A stretch of DNA of 64,000 bases from Klebsormidium nitens (Eukaryota; Plantae; Klebsormidiophyceae). Made by a program: the position numbers and the translations under genes. How positions within the stretch are numbered: the first letter of the stretch is position 1; each line of letters opens with the position of its first letter. The stretch spans positions 186,001 through 250,000 of the forward strand of contig DF236978.1 in NCBI GenBank assembly GCA_000708835.1, read 5' to 3'. The notes under the pieces are model-generated. The model saw only the letters and a list, made by a program, of their open reading frames with translations, searched no databases and had not been told where the DNA came from. Of the stretch, positions 36,625 to 49,300 are shown in pieces.

Positions 36625-37461
36625 GTGGTGGAGTCTCAACTCAGACGTCTCCAAGAGTCCAGAGCGAGCAAAAGCAAAAGACGGTGCGCATTCCTATTGG
36701 CCCTCGAGTCTATGGTCCTTCGGGAAGAAAACGTTCTGGAAAAGCGATGAGATGGGGGTGCCCCAGGCAGAGGTAGCTACCAGGATGGTTTAGACCAGAG
36801 CACCAAGTCCTATAAGAACGCCAGCGACCAGGGCTGCAAAAATTGTGATTTCCTGCTGAACCAGCAATCAAAAGCCTGAAAAGGTCCTGGTGAGTGAGCA
36901 GCACAGGAGCAGCACAGTCCTGCATGAGCTAATGGCAGCGCCACACACGTATTAATTGGTTGAATTGTAGTAATCATACGCCGGAAATACGTTGATATTT
37001 AAGGTCACCCGAGAGAACCTTTGAGCGCAATCTGAGAGTGCTCTGGACTTCTTTACACGACGAAAAATAAGGTATAAGTAGATGTCATAAGCAGATATTT
37101 TAAGGGGTCCCCTATCGGCGCTGCTCGCGCGGCCTAAATTGCCTCCAAGCTCACTCAACGAACCAGACGACGGTTGGATTCGTTCAAGACTGCAAGGCTT
37201 GGTTTTGCGGAGCAACAGTGCTCCAGCTCTGTGGACGAGCTCTTGTACCTAGACCAATCTGTAGGATTGCCAGCAGATATGTTGCGCTTTAGTTCTTGCC
37301 AATATTTGAGAGCAGAGGTCAGCAGCAGAAGCTGGATCAGCTGTCCTTGGCCAATGTCCACTGTATCTGAGCTCTCCCTTCTTCGAACAGTACACAGCTG
37401 AAAATGATTTGGTGAGCTTCTCTTCACTACATTGCTTCACTCCTAGAGATCCAAAGCAAAT

Positions 37462-40400
37462 ATGGCGGGAGCTCTCAGCGTAGGGTGCTGCGAGCTGGTG
37501 GTGGAAGTGGTGAAGGCCGCCAGCTTATGGGACGACAAGGGGGCGTCCAGCGGCGACCGGGCCTTTGCAGCGGTCAGGGTGGAAGCCCCCGCCTCGTGCT
37601 GGCTCCCAAATACAGCTGCCTCAGCTCGCGTAGACGCCTCTCAGCCGTCAGATGAAACCACGCCGAATCCTACTCTGCCACCTGGCGGAAGCAACCCGAC
37701 GTTTCTAGAAAGTGATGCAGTGCCATCGTTGGAAGAGAGGAAAGGAGAGTGGTTGTTTCCCTTCAGCTACAAGGGAAGCTTGGTGGCGGAACGAGGGCCT
37801 GCCACCTGTCAATCCCTCCTTGATAAGCCGCTCCACGTGCATGTGATCTACGCACCCAGCGGCGGGGCAAAGCAAACGGTGGGAAAAGTGGCGATCGATC
37901 TCTCCACATTCGTCACGAGCTCTGACCTTGCACAATGTAGAGAGATCAGAGGCACGTTCCCAGTCATAGCAGATACGACAGATGCGGCAGATAGTGCCAC
38001 GTCGGCAGGCGGAAAGGGAGATAAAAACGGCCGGCGGCCGAGCTCCAGCGGGAAGGGGGGGGCTGGCAAGGCCCCCGCAGGTGGGGAGAAAGCTAAGGGG
38101 GCGAAAACCGATGGGGCGAAAGGGGCCAAGGGGGCAGAAAAGGCAGGCAAAGATACCCCCTCGCCCTCGGAGGCGGCCCCGTTCCCGGGCTGTCTTCCGG
38201 GGGCGTCTCTAGAGCTGGTAATCAGCCTGAAATCGCCCCTGATGACCCCCCTGGAGGAGGAGAACTCGACAGTGGTGGAATTAGATGTGCGGGAAGTTGC
38301 CCCGGTGCGGGGAAAGCTGGTGGAGATCTTCCAAGCGGAGCCGGGGAAGGATCCGTTTACATACACCCTGGCGTTTGGTCCTCTACCCCAAAAGACAAGT
38401 GCGGGTGAGTGCATATTCTGAGTCTCCATTGCAAGACTAGTCGAGATCAATGTTTCGCATAAAACACTATTTTCTGGCAGCTGTACCGGTGGATAAGAGC
38501 CTTTCCATCATGTGTTGAAAGGCAGAATGGGCGCCCAATGTCATCCTTGTGAGGCCTCCAGTCTCCTTCTTTGTGGCTGACAATCGGAAGTCAATGTGCG
38601 TGGCTTGTGTCGTGAAAGCACCGCCGATTGGTGATGTGATTGTTGGTTTAGATGCCCACTGTAAACGATTCGTGTATACTTGTGTCAGCATTGAGGAATT
38701 TAGACACCTACTCAGATCATCAGTAGTGACCTGCTTCTAAAAGGCGAAGACCTCAATGCATTTGTGTGTACAGGTCCTTTCTTGCTTGCTGCATTGGGCC
38801 ACTTTTGATGTCGTCTTAGCTCTTGCTTGCCTTGAGATTGCTTATTTAGGCTACTCATTGCATAAACTCAGCCGTACTGTTTTGCAGACATTCCCGCTTC
38901 CAGCGAGCCCGATCAGAGCGGAATGGAAGCAGGCACAACCAGTACAACTCTTCCGACCCCAGAACCTGCCACCACCAGTCAAGAGCCGTTCGCCGTTCTT
39001 TCTGGTGCCACTCTCGCAGTCGACCCGTCGAGCGGGCAGCCAATGCTCAGCTTTCCAAAACCGAGCAAGCGTTTCCTGTCGGCTAGTCAGGCAGAGGCGC
39101 TCAAAGCAGCGATTAAAAGCGGGGCCAAATGGACGGTCGAGATCGCGCGGTACCTGAAAGACGAACGGACGGATCTGGTCGACCCCCTGTTCGAACGATA
39201 CCGCAGCTGCGCAGAGCTCGACTTGTCCGCGTTTCTGAAACCGGGGGAAAGTTTGCTAGAGGCGCGTGGGGCGTTCAAGACTCCCCCTCAGGAGAGGCCG
39301 ACGTCAGCAGCAGGGGGAGGAAAGAAGGACGAGAAAGCGGCCAAGGGGGCAAAAGCCGGGAAGCCGCCGACCCCCTCCCCGAAAGAAGAGGCGTCTTCCC
39401 CCCACGAAATGGGAACCCCTGTCCGGGGGGTGTTGCTAAAGCCGCAAGAGAGGGGGGACAACAAAAAGGCGAAGCCAGTGGACGATGGAAAGGATTTACC
39501 CGAAAGCGGGGGGTCGGCTTGGGAGGCCGTGGGGACAGTTCTAGGGGTGCAGGTCAGACTGGCGAGGCCCCTGGAAGCGAAGTGGGAGCCCCCTCCGAAA
39601 GCGGAGATTGATCTGCGCACACTGATCCCGGATCGGCCCCGGGTGGAGCCGAAAAAGGACGCCGCGCAAGTGGCGCTGGAGAACTTTCAGGTGGGGGCTC
39701 TGGCGAAAGGCTGGGATTACACGTGTTGTCGAACGCAACATGAGACATGCTCTTTCTGTTACCTTGGGCCAAACGAAAGCTTTGACCCAGATCCTTCCAT
39801 GTCTCAATTAATTGAGAGTACCCTCCTCTTAACGCCGCACTCAAACATACTGGATCCTGGGACTCCGAAAGCCAGAAAGTAACCAGCAAATTACTGACCT
39901 TGTTTGGGTCTCTTTCCGCCCCTTCAGACGTTCATTCAACAAGCTATTGCCGGCCTGGCCTCAGAACTTGGCTCCATCCCCGGCTCAGAAGACGGACACG
40001 TGGCGCAAGATGGACACGTGGCACGCAGAGACCAACTCGTGGCGCGCCTGGCGGAGTCGGGCAAATGGTTTGCGCTTAAGGAGCAGATGAAAGCAGCCGT
40101 CGCACGGGTAAATGTCGAAACTTTTGCCCTTGATTTCTGCTTTGTGAACCTCAGACCTCCCACTCTAGAGGTTCAAAACGGACGAACGAAGAGGACCGCC
40201 GTCAAGGTCGAAGAACGGAGTACGGCCTGTTGTGCTCTCCGATGGTCATTCCATTCCTTTCCTTGGCCGAGCCAACGATCAGTTGAGAACCATTATCATC
40301 ATCACACCAATAAAGTGTCGGCGGGGAGCGGAAAAGGAACCCGAAATATCAGTTCAACTTACAATGGACAAAAGCTGAGGGCTGATTGGATTTTACTATC

Positions 40401-43400
40401 CTGGCTTATCTCGAGAACGTACCTGTCGTCTCTACACCCAGATTGCAGAGGAACAGCTAGACATCCGAAGCGAGGCAGGATGCGTTTCAAAACCTCGGCC
40501 GATCACCAAACGTTTCTCTCTCTATTGTACACACAGATTGCAGATGAGCAGTCCAAGCAGCCGCGCTTCGATTCCGCTGGAACCGGCGAAGCCGCGCTCT
40601 ATGCCGACCTGTACGTGACTCTTTTGGACGAGATCCATTCCCAATTGAACAACGCGGCGAAGCAGGTACGCGAGCCGCCTTAAGATCATGTTTTACATTG
40701 ATTATGTGTCGCGGGTCGATGAATCAGTTGTCCGGCTGACGGCTCCGAAGAGGCACCGCCGTTCGTTCAACATCGTCCGTTCGACACCGACCGTCCGTCA
40801 ACACCGTCCGCTCAATATGAGCGGCCAGATTGGCGCGCTACGCTGTGTATCTCCGTGAGAGCCAAGTCGTGTGATCCCTGGAAACTCTACCAAGGGCGTG
40901 CAGCGCTGTTGCTGAATCTGTTTGCCTCTTCAACCCAAGATTGACACTTTAAGGACATTTTCCGCCGTTTCTGGTTAGGTATGCTTGCCCTCAGACTTTG
41001 TCTCGTCCCCCCTTCGACGAGGTCAAATGGCAGCAGTACGACATTAAAACGACTTCCTGACATGTCCATTTACAACTCAATCCGCTCCTTTCAAAGTCGT
41101 TCCCGAGCATAGGCGGACTTCAGCACGTGGGTTGCTGCAAGTATCTTTGAAACTCTGCTGAAGTACCAATCAAGACCTGAAGGACAAGAATCGCCTATGT
41201 CGCAGACGGACGGCTCAGGGCATGAGGCCTCTGCGTCCGCGCCCTCGTCCGAAACGCGTGAAAGGTTTCGGACGTGGGCAGCGGAGTACGAGGGATCTCT
41301 GATTGACTTGTTTTGATCACCAACTCGCTTTCAAGTACACGAATCGCCTGTTTGCAGACTACCGGTTCAAGGCCTGAGACCTCTGCGTCCGTAGATCCGT
41401 CCAAAACGCGCGGACGGCTTCGGACATGGGCAGCAGAGTACGAGGCGAGCGGCGACGCCGAAGCAGCGGAGAAGCTGCATCAAGTGAGAGAGACACGTGT
41501 CCAGCGGCGGACGGCTCCCACGTGTTGTTACTGATCAAGAAGGCCTGCTTTAGTCAATAGGAAAAGAGGGACCATTTATGTTGTGTGCAAATCAACCTCT
41601 TTCTGTCCCGGTACTACTCGCATTCGATCAAATGACAGTTGTTGATTGATTGATATCAATCGGGTGAAAATTTGTATCAGTAGACGTGTCGTGCAATTTG
41701 CTGTTAGGTACGCCTTCCTATACGTTATGCCAAAGCTTCTGCTTTGGTTGAGAGACACATCACTGGCGAAACAAAGTGATTTTGCATCCGTCGATTGTTT
41801 AACAGCACCCATCGCGTGGGAGACTCTCAGGAAACGCAGCTAAAGAGGCCCTGTTTTCCATGACCAGGATCTTGTTTTCGAGAGTATAAGCGGGACGGCC
41901 GGCGACTGGTACGAGTACGGGGCCTTCTGCTTGAGGACGGGTCAGCCGGCAAAGGCGGAAGAGTGCTTGCGGGAGGCAATCTCGCTGGACAGGTGCCACG
42001 TGTCCGCCCACGTGGCGCTCGCGTGCGTCTTGTGGGCGCGGGGGCAGCCGCTCAAGGCGGAGGCGCTGCTACAGGGCGTTACAGGTGGGGGTTTTGGGGG
42101 TTTGATGACCTTGAAGGTTTTAAGGTGAATCTTCTGGGCTTCATTTTTCGACTTACGCAGGCCTTTAAAAGATTGAATGTGAGTATGCACCATGTCGTAT
42201 CATGGTGAGGAGGTGAAGATCGTGGTGCCAGCTTCGGCGAGCGGATGCGAGAATCTGGGCGTCCGACTCGTGAGATCCCCAATACTGCCAGAAGGGCATG
42301 CTTCGAGTTCTGCCACATAGAACAAGCGAAATTTGATATGAGATGTCTGGGTTTCCGATCGCACCCCTTTTTCCTTGCACGAACTCGGTGAATAGGTTGG
42401 CTATATTCCCTCGTTCAAGCCTGCGTTAACCGTAAGTGATCTGACCCCTCATGATCGTCAATCGGTAACAAAGATACCAACTCATCAATGTGTTCCAGAC
42501 GCGCCTCCCGCTCGCGCAGGCAATGCCGAGGCGCCCCTTTCGGACGCTGTCGCGGCGTGGACGCTCCTCGCTTTGCTGTACGCTGAACTGCCCAACCGTC
42601 CGAAAGACGTCCGAAACTGTCTCCTGGAAGCCGCCCGGTTGAACGACTCCCGGGGTCAAGTTTCGGGCGAATCCGCCCCCTGTTTATACCTCCAAGCTGC
42701 CCGGTTGGTTTTGGATTACCACCTGCCGGAGTTAGCGGAAAAGGCACTGGAAGAGCAGCGGAAAACCGAAGGAGCGGAATGGGGGCTGGAAGAGAAGCTT
42801 TGCGCTGCCAGGGGGAAGAAACTGCGGGGGAATCTCGGGGGGGCGGCGGAGATTCTGGAGGGCTTGCTCGGGGAAGGAGTGAAGGTTCCTCGAGTGGCGG
42901 TCGAGCTGGGGCACGTGCGGTATGCGGCTGCACAGTGAGTCAAAAGTTGGACGTAAATGTGATGAAACTCAAGAAAGATGACTACAGTAGACGCTCCGAC
43001 TAACACTTCAACCCTAAACCAGATAGATACTTGCTCCGCACCCCTACCCACCCTAACCGGGCCAACAAACGAAGTCTACCCGTCACAGTGCGGTTACTTC
43101 AATATCATCTCGGCTTACTATGATCCCTTGAGGTCGATCTAGACATGTCAACTTGTCGGAGTCGTAGAACCTAAAGGTTTGAGAACCGTGTTCTGTAGTA
43201 CTTGAATCAGACCAGCGTCAGGAAATACACAATCGAGCCGGCAAAGGCAATGTCTGTGGCGCTCAGGCCCTTGTAAGCATTTTAGTCCTATACACGCATG
43301 TGGATTCCAGTCTCTCATGGTCAAATGCTACCCGTCCCTCTGCAGGTTCGAAACCGCAGCAGAGGCGTACCAGACGGCACGTGACCACGCGGGTCAACTG

Positions 43401-45337
43401 CCCCTCGACCTAACCGTGTACCTTAACCTGGGCTCGCTTCACCTGTCTCGGGGAAGCTTCACCGAGGCCAAGGACGTGTATCTCGAGGCTTGCCACCACC
43501 ACCCGGGGGCTGCCACGTGGCTCGGAGCGGGCGCCGCTTTTCTCGGGTGAGGCAAAGTTGAACGTCGCGTGGAACGTCATGACGACATCTGGAATTCACA
43601 AAGCGCACCCTCACTTGTCATCATCTGTGACGTCGTGAACCGATAGCGTCACGACGAAGTTTCTGCTTGTGTCTAATAGATAGGCGTAGACTGCACATCA
43701 ACTTCCCCGGAACCAACTTCCTGATGATCTCTTGTGCCGATCTTAAGTTCGTGAGCGATCCTCTCGCCCCGCCTTGTTTCATGTCAACTTACTCTCATTT
43801 TCCGCTCTAACGAATGTATGCCAGTTCTCAGACTCCTTCCGATTGCTGTGTATCCTCTCCATTTATTCTGCCTCATTGACTTTACCCACGCGCCGGGTTA
43901 TACGCCTATGCCAAGCCTGCCGCAGAGACCTTTCAACAAACCTACTCATTTTTTCTTCTCGAGGGACATTTTATGGCTTTTCATTTAAGAACCGACCAAA
44001 AGCTCCATACTCAAAACGTGTCAACTTAACATTCCCACTCGCGCACAGGCTGGGCGACCTTGCGCGCGCGGAGCAGGCGCTCGCGGAGGCCAACTCGCTA
44101 AACCCTCGCCACCCCGCGGTCTGGGCGCACCTCGCGCTGGTGTGTTTGCGCGGCCGCGGCCGCGAGGAGGAGGCCGCGTTCGCGCTGCGCGAGGCGCTGC
44201 GCAATGACGTCAGAGACGCTGCCGTGCTGACGGAGGTGGGGGAGCGGTGCCTCGGCTCGGAGCTGTACCGGTGAGGAGAATTGACTGCTTTTGAACGTAC
44301 AGATAGAAGAGGCTCCCTGCTTCCCGGGACCTGAACAAAATACAACACCTGACGAGCGTTTCGCTTTACTCTTTTTCTGCAATCAGTGACCAGATATTTA
44401 GTACATGCTGAGGAGACCTTGAGCCGAGCCTTTTGAGATAAAACCAAGCCGCGAAGGAATTCATAGCGTGCAGCATGTCCGTTAATGTTAGGTGTTCGTT
44501 TTCTCTGCAGATCGTTTGCACATTGTCATAAGCGAACAGCTTTGCGATTAACAAAGCCTGCGTCGGTCAAGCTTCATTTCGTCGGCCTTGCGTGAGCTTC
44601 CCGCGTTGATAGAATGCCCAGACCATAGATCCTTCATCCGCTCTTGGGGCAGGTACGCTGAAGCAGCCCTCCGGCGGGCCGTCCAAAACGGGGCGTCCGT
44701 ACAGGCTCGGCGGCTCTTGGCTGAAGCCCTGCTACGTCAGGTAAGAGGACTGTCCGATCCTCCGATGCGTCCGGAAGAGCTGAAAGATTAGCTCAGGCCG
44801 TCACATCGTGATGTTAATGCTGTTTGCATCGTATTTAGGGCGTCCGTACAGACCTGGCGGCTCTTGGCTGAAGCCCTGCTACGTCAGGTAAGAGGGTTTA
44901 GAATCCCTTCCAACAGCGACCGAAAGTGCTGAGGTTGAGGTCGTCCGTTAAAACGGTCCGATTCTGTCAGCAGAACATATCAAGAACCTGTTCGGCGCCT
45001 TTTGGAGATGTTGAATCGTGACCGAACAAGCCCAATGCTCTAGGAGGTCGCATCAATGGCCACATGACTATGTCCCCGACGGTCTCGGTGCAGCCAAACG
45101 CTCACGCTGACTACTCTTTCGCTTACGGCAGCTCTCCGGCCACCCGGCTTGACCTTTGAGGAGGAAGGCGCGTACTCAGCAACCAAACGACGTGACTCAC
45201 GGCTTTCTCGTTGCCTTTCTTCGTCTCTGCAGCAGCACGTAAAAGCGGCCCAGCAAGAACTGGAGGCCATTCTCCAGCTCCCGGACCTGTCACCGGAAGA
45301 GAAGGCGTCCGTCGACGAGCAGCTGCATGGCCTCTAA
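37462..45337 (+). CDS. CFAP70: Cilia- and flagella-associated protein 70 (TTC18) orthologue; N-terminal C2-like region plus TPR repeats, multi-exon
   Basis: Motifs LAESGKWFALKEQMKAAV, LYADLYVTLLDEIH, RLRTWAAEYEASGD and WYEYGAFCLRTGQPAKAEECLREAISLD match CFAP70 as recalled, followed by several TPR exons. First exon 37462-38404, second from 38888; last exon ends ...VDEQLHGL* at 45337. Not every junction was resolved. Confidence 0.85.
41188..41483 (+). repeat. Tandem duplication of an intron end plus the 5' part of a CFAP70 exon
   Basis: Copy 1 from 41206 (TDGSGHEASASAPSSETRERFRTWAAEYE, then stop at 41314-41316); copy 2 is exon 41358-41483 (TTGSRPETSASVDPSKTRGRLRTWAAEYEASGD...). Both are preceded by gaatcgcct...gcag. 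Confidence 0.8.
44691..44895 (+). repeat. Tandem duplication of the 3' half of a CFAP70 exon, including its donor
   Basis: gggcgtccgtacag...ggcggctcttggctgaagccctgctacgtcag|gtaagagg occurs at 44691-44748 and 44838-44895. Confidence 0.9.
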
Positions 45338-46359
45338 AGCGTGTAGATGTTGCAGTGGGCTTTCTAGAGGCTTGCAAAGAACACATTGGAACTGGCATAC
45401 TTATCTGCATCTGTGCATTTCGAAAGCATAGGGATTGTGCCCGCGAGTTAGGACGTGGAAAAATCCGTATCCTCAAAATACCAAGTTGCCAAAAATGATT
45501 GAAGGTATGTGTACTCTTTATACAGAATACGAGCTTGATCAATGCACTGAAGCGGAAAGAAGCACAGAAAGTTGGAATAAGGGATGGCTGTACTGCATGT
45601 TCATGGTACCGCTTTCACCGCGCGACAAGCTGTTGGCCCGTCAACTAAATGAGTTCACGCCCTATCTTGGATGTTGTGACTTGCATACTCATATACAGAG
45701 ATATGTATTGCGGGTGACGAATTTCTTAGTATCTGACAGCTGCTTCTGTTCGACCGAATTCCTTCATTCAACATTGCATTGGAATCAGGCGGAAGTGGTA
45801 TAGATCTACACGGTGCCGCGGCTGGCGCGCTCGACCAGATGCTGACCTGAGCACGATTAATCTGATCATTTTTCAATTCTCCCCCAAGTACTTGCATCGA
45901 GCATCTAGGTAGTGGAATCAACATGACTAGAGATCTTCATTTCAATGTAAGGGCAGTTCTACCGGATTCAACCGGGGGTTTGACTGGTGTTAATCCTGAC
46001 AGATTATTAAGTGTGCACAGCAAGCCTGGCGGCTCAAACATGGCATCACACCACGCGAATACGCATTGTCTCTTGCCACGCCCGCACGTTAGCAACCAGC
46101 TAGTAAGAATGCGAAGCACTAAAGAAACATGCACTCTGATCCGAATATAACCGCCGCCAGCTTGTGCCCGGTCGAGTCACCATCACCCCAACTCTCATCG
46201 ACAGAGACAATTGAACCATAGTCACTGGTGCTACATACGCGATTGCCAGTCATCGATGATACCAGTAGTGGAAGTCGTGTAGATTAGTGCTTGACAGGTT
46301 GCAGCGAGACCGCCTGAGCGCTCACAGCAGGACTTTGAGTATTATGAAAGCGGTACAAG

Positions 46360-49300
46360 TCATGTGTCCTTTTTCTGAGTCGTTTCCCGAGCGCTTGTCC
46401 GGGCGTCTACAGGAGCGTCCTTCCTAGCTGCTTGCGCGTGAAGGGGGACCGTCTTCTTGGACGCTTCGACCGGGAACAACCAACCCAGAACGAGAATGGT
46501 CAACGGCACAAGCACTTGCAGATAGTATATGGATCCAAACGCCCGCCAGATGTCTCGAAACGTGAGAACCTGGAGCCAGCAGCAAACAATCAAGTCAGCC
46601 CAGCGTGACTGCATTTTTTACAATCGAATGGAGCATTGAGCCGGTGACGAACAAAGGCCGCCTTGAAAGGCCGATGGCAGAACCCTCGCAAATAAAATGT
46701 CCTGGGTCACTGCACGGTATGATAGCAGGTTGCTACATCTCCATTCGACAACACGACATAAAGCACACGCACCAAGACGCCGGCACACAGTGGCGAGGCT
46801 GTACTCTAGGTCTGACGTAAGCATTATCTCGACGTCCGACTGTTTCATTGGGACCTCGCACAAAACAAGCGTGCGCTCAGGCCACGACTTACCGTGAGAA
46901 AGAGAGCCATCTCTTTCGTGCCAGCTGTCAGCTGCGTATACGCCCACATCAGCGCGCGCGCGGGCAGCTTGAGAGCGGGTGGGCGCTCCACCAGCCGGGT
47001 CTTATACCTGTACAGAACTGCAGAAACGGACGAACTGTAACTATCTCTTCTTAGATCTTCCTTTCTTGCGTCAGACTGGCATGAATCGGGATGATCCAAG
47101 CAGGATACAAGGCGGTTCAGCCGACGGCGAGTCTGGACGACGCATGCGGAGAACGTCTCTCAAAAGATGACGAACGCTTTGCATAAACTTCGATGACGAC
47201 GGGCGAACAGACGATCGACGCTTCGCCTCTGCAGATCTCGCGAGTCAAGATAGATTCTATAGGTGGTGATATCAGCGCCAGCGGTCGAGCATCTTATACT
47301 TGTCGACTTGTTTTTGCACCAAATTCAGAGACCGAACATTCCGACTATGAAATTACCAGAAGATAAGAATGAACTGACGCTGGCGCACCTGTCTCCCTTC
47401 CTGAGGTTACTTGGGACATGAGCACGCAAGTCCTGACTGGTAATTGAGATCATGATTGACAGTCAGAAGTCGAGACTGCGAGACCTAAGAGGAAGTCCAG
47501 TAAGACCCCCACCTCTGGCGCTCAAAATGATAAGCGTCGCGTTGGTCCGGAAAAGGGCCTGACCCAGATACGGGCCCTGCAGCCCGCAAACAGACAGGCG
47601 TTCAATATTAGCAACGACAAATCGACGAGCCATTTGGCGGCTCAGGAAAGATCCACGCAAGTGTGAAAACACCACGTGGAATAACTTTGCGGTCGTCCTT
47701 CATTTGTTGTCCCCCTGCTTTCGGGAGGCGTTCAAAATTGGATCGAAGGAGGGTGAAAAGGGTAGGGGCCCGCTAATCTTGTCCACAAGGGAGATTTGAA
47801 GTCGGATTCCGTTGCTCTTCTGTCGGCGGGATGGGGGTGACCGGAGTTTGGGGAGATCAACAGACCGACTGACTGCCGGAGTGACTTTGGTGGGGTTAGT
47901 GGGGCGGTTAGGGTGGGTAGGGGTAAGCTCATGGCGGGACGACTTAGGGTTAGGGTTTCGTCACCTTCCCTTAGGTTTTTAGTTTATTGTTAATCTCCCA
48001 GTGATTTTGGTGGGGTTAGCCGGGGGTTTAGGGTGGGTTAGGGTAAGGCCTTGGCGGAACGAGTTAGGGTTAGGGAGCGGTCTGGCTCTCGGTCGGTCCG
48101 GCTCACGTCCGGCTGCCCGAGTCCCCTTGTGGGCGACCCTGTCATGGGTTTGCCGACAGACCTGGATGGTGGGGACATGCAAGCCAAAACTACCCGGACC
48201 GACCGACCGCCGGAGTGGAAACTGCGGTCCGGCGGTCGGTCGGTCCGCCTGGTCCGACTGGGGCCCGGGATCTCACGAGTCAACCTTAGCCTGCAGTCCG
48301 GCGGTCGGTCGGTCCGCCTAGTCCGGCCAGAATCACCAGTCACTTCATGCAATACATTCAGTCCATCGGTCGGTTGGTCTGCCTGGTCCGACAGGCCACG
48401 GTCGCCAACCAAGGATGATACGGTCCGGCGGTCGGTCGGTCCGCCTGGTGTGGCCGGGATTGTGCAACTTGGTATGGTCGGGCAGTCGGTCGGTCCCGGA
48501 GCAGATGCTATCATGCAGATCTATGTGTACAGCAGGACAGCGGAACCGTGTGGAAGAGCGGAAAACTTAAAATCTCCCTTGTGGACAAGATTAGCGTGCC
48601 AGTAGAAAAGGGACTTGGGCCTGCAAATAAGCTTTTGCTTGCGGATCCAAAGCTGGCCTTCTGTTTGGGATCCAAGAAACCCAAAAGATTAGGTGATATA
48701 GAAAGGAGCGTACCAATCCCCGAAGATGCTGAAGCGAATCATGACAGTTCCATGGCGAGGAGAGACTGTGGCTTCAGGAATGTGTTTAACTTGGGACAAG
48801 GACGGAGTCACAAGCTTAATGATTAGACTGTCAAACAACGAGAATCAACGCTAGGTACGGAGACCGCAGGAAGATGCTCCTCGGCCAGACGTGCTTTATT
48901 TGACGAACGAATTGCCGGCAGTTGGTCGAACCAAAGTACTGACTGTCAGGTCACAACCGGTCTGCATTCAGCAGATCGAGCTGACTGCTTCAAATAACTT
49001 CAACCTGTGGCCTCAAGGCTCGAGCGAGCAAGAGCTAAGATCGCCGCACACGTGATCTGATAATCTTGATAAAGGCTTGGTTCGGATCTCACATGCCAGA
49101 CGAAGGACGCCGCCTGAGTAGCCGCCAATTGCAGGATTCCTGGTTTCTGCCCTCGGGGAGTCAAACGGTCGTACACATCTGTGAAAAGCATGTTGACGAA
49201 GGATTCAGACACTTCAAAACCTGTCTCGAGTGATCCAAATCAGCAAAAGGATAACAGATTTATGGCTTCCATCGCTGAGGGAGTGGCAAGAGCTGCACCT

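Noticed and set aside
36952-37440. Several 60-90-aa ORFs between the bromodomain gene and CFAP70
   Set aside because: No motifs; more likely 5' UTR exons and the shared divergent promoter.
43084-43090. Perfect RSS heptamer CACAGTG
   Set aside because: An isolated 7-mer in a CFAP70 intron with no nonamer or partner; expected by chance in 64 kb.
47890-48080. True telomere or chromosome-fusion site
   Set aside because: Only scattered, imperfect TTAGGG units, no long perfect or head-to-head array, and enclosed by TIRs within an intron.
48001-48605. ORFs of 106-184 aa on both strands
   Set aside because: They lie within the GC-rich repeat element in an LPCAT intron; the translation simply mirrors the repeats.
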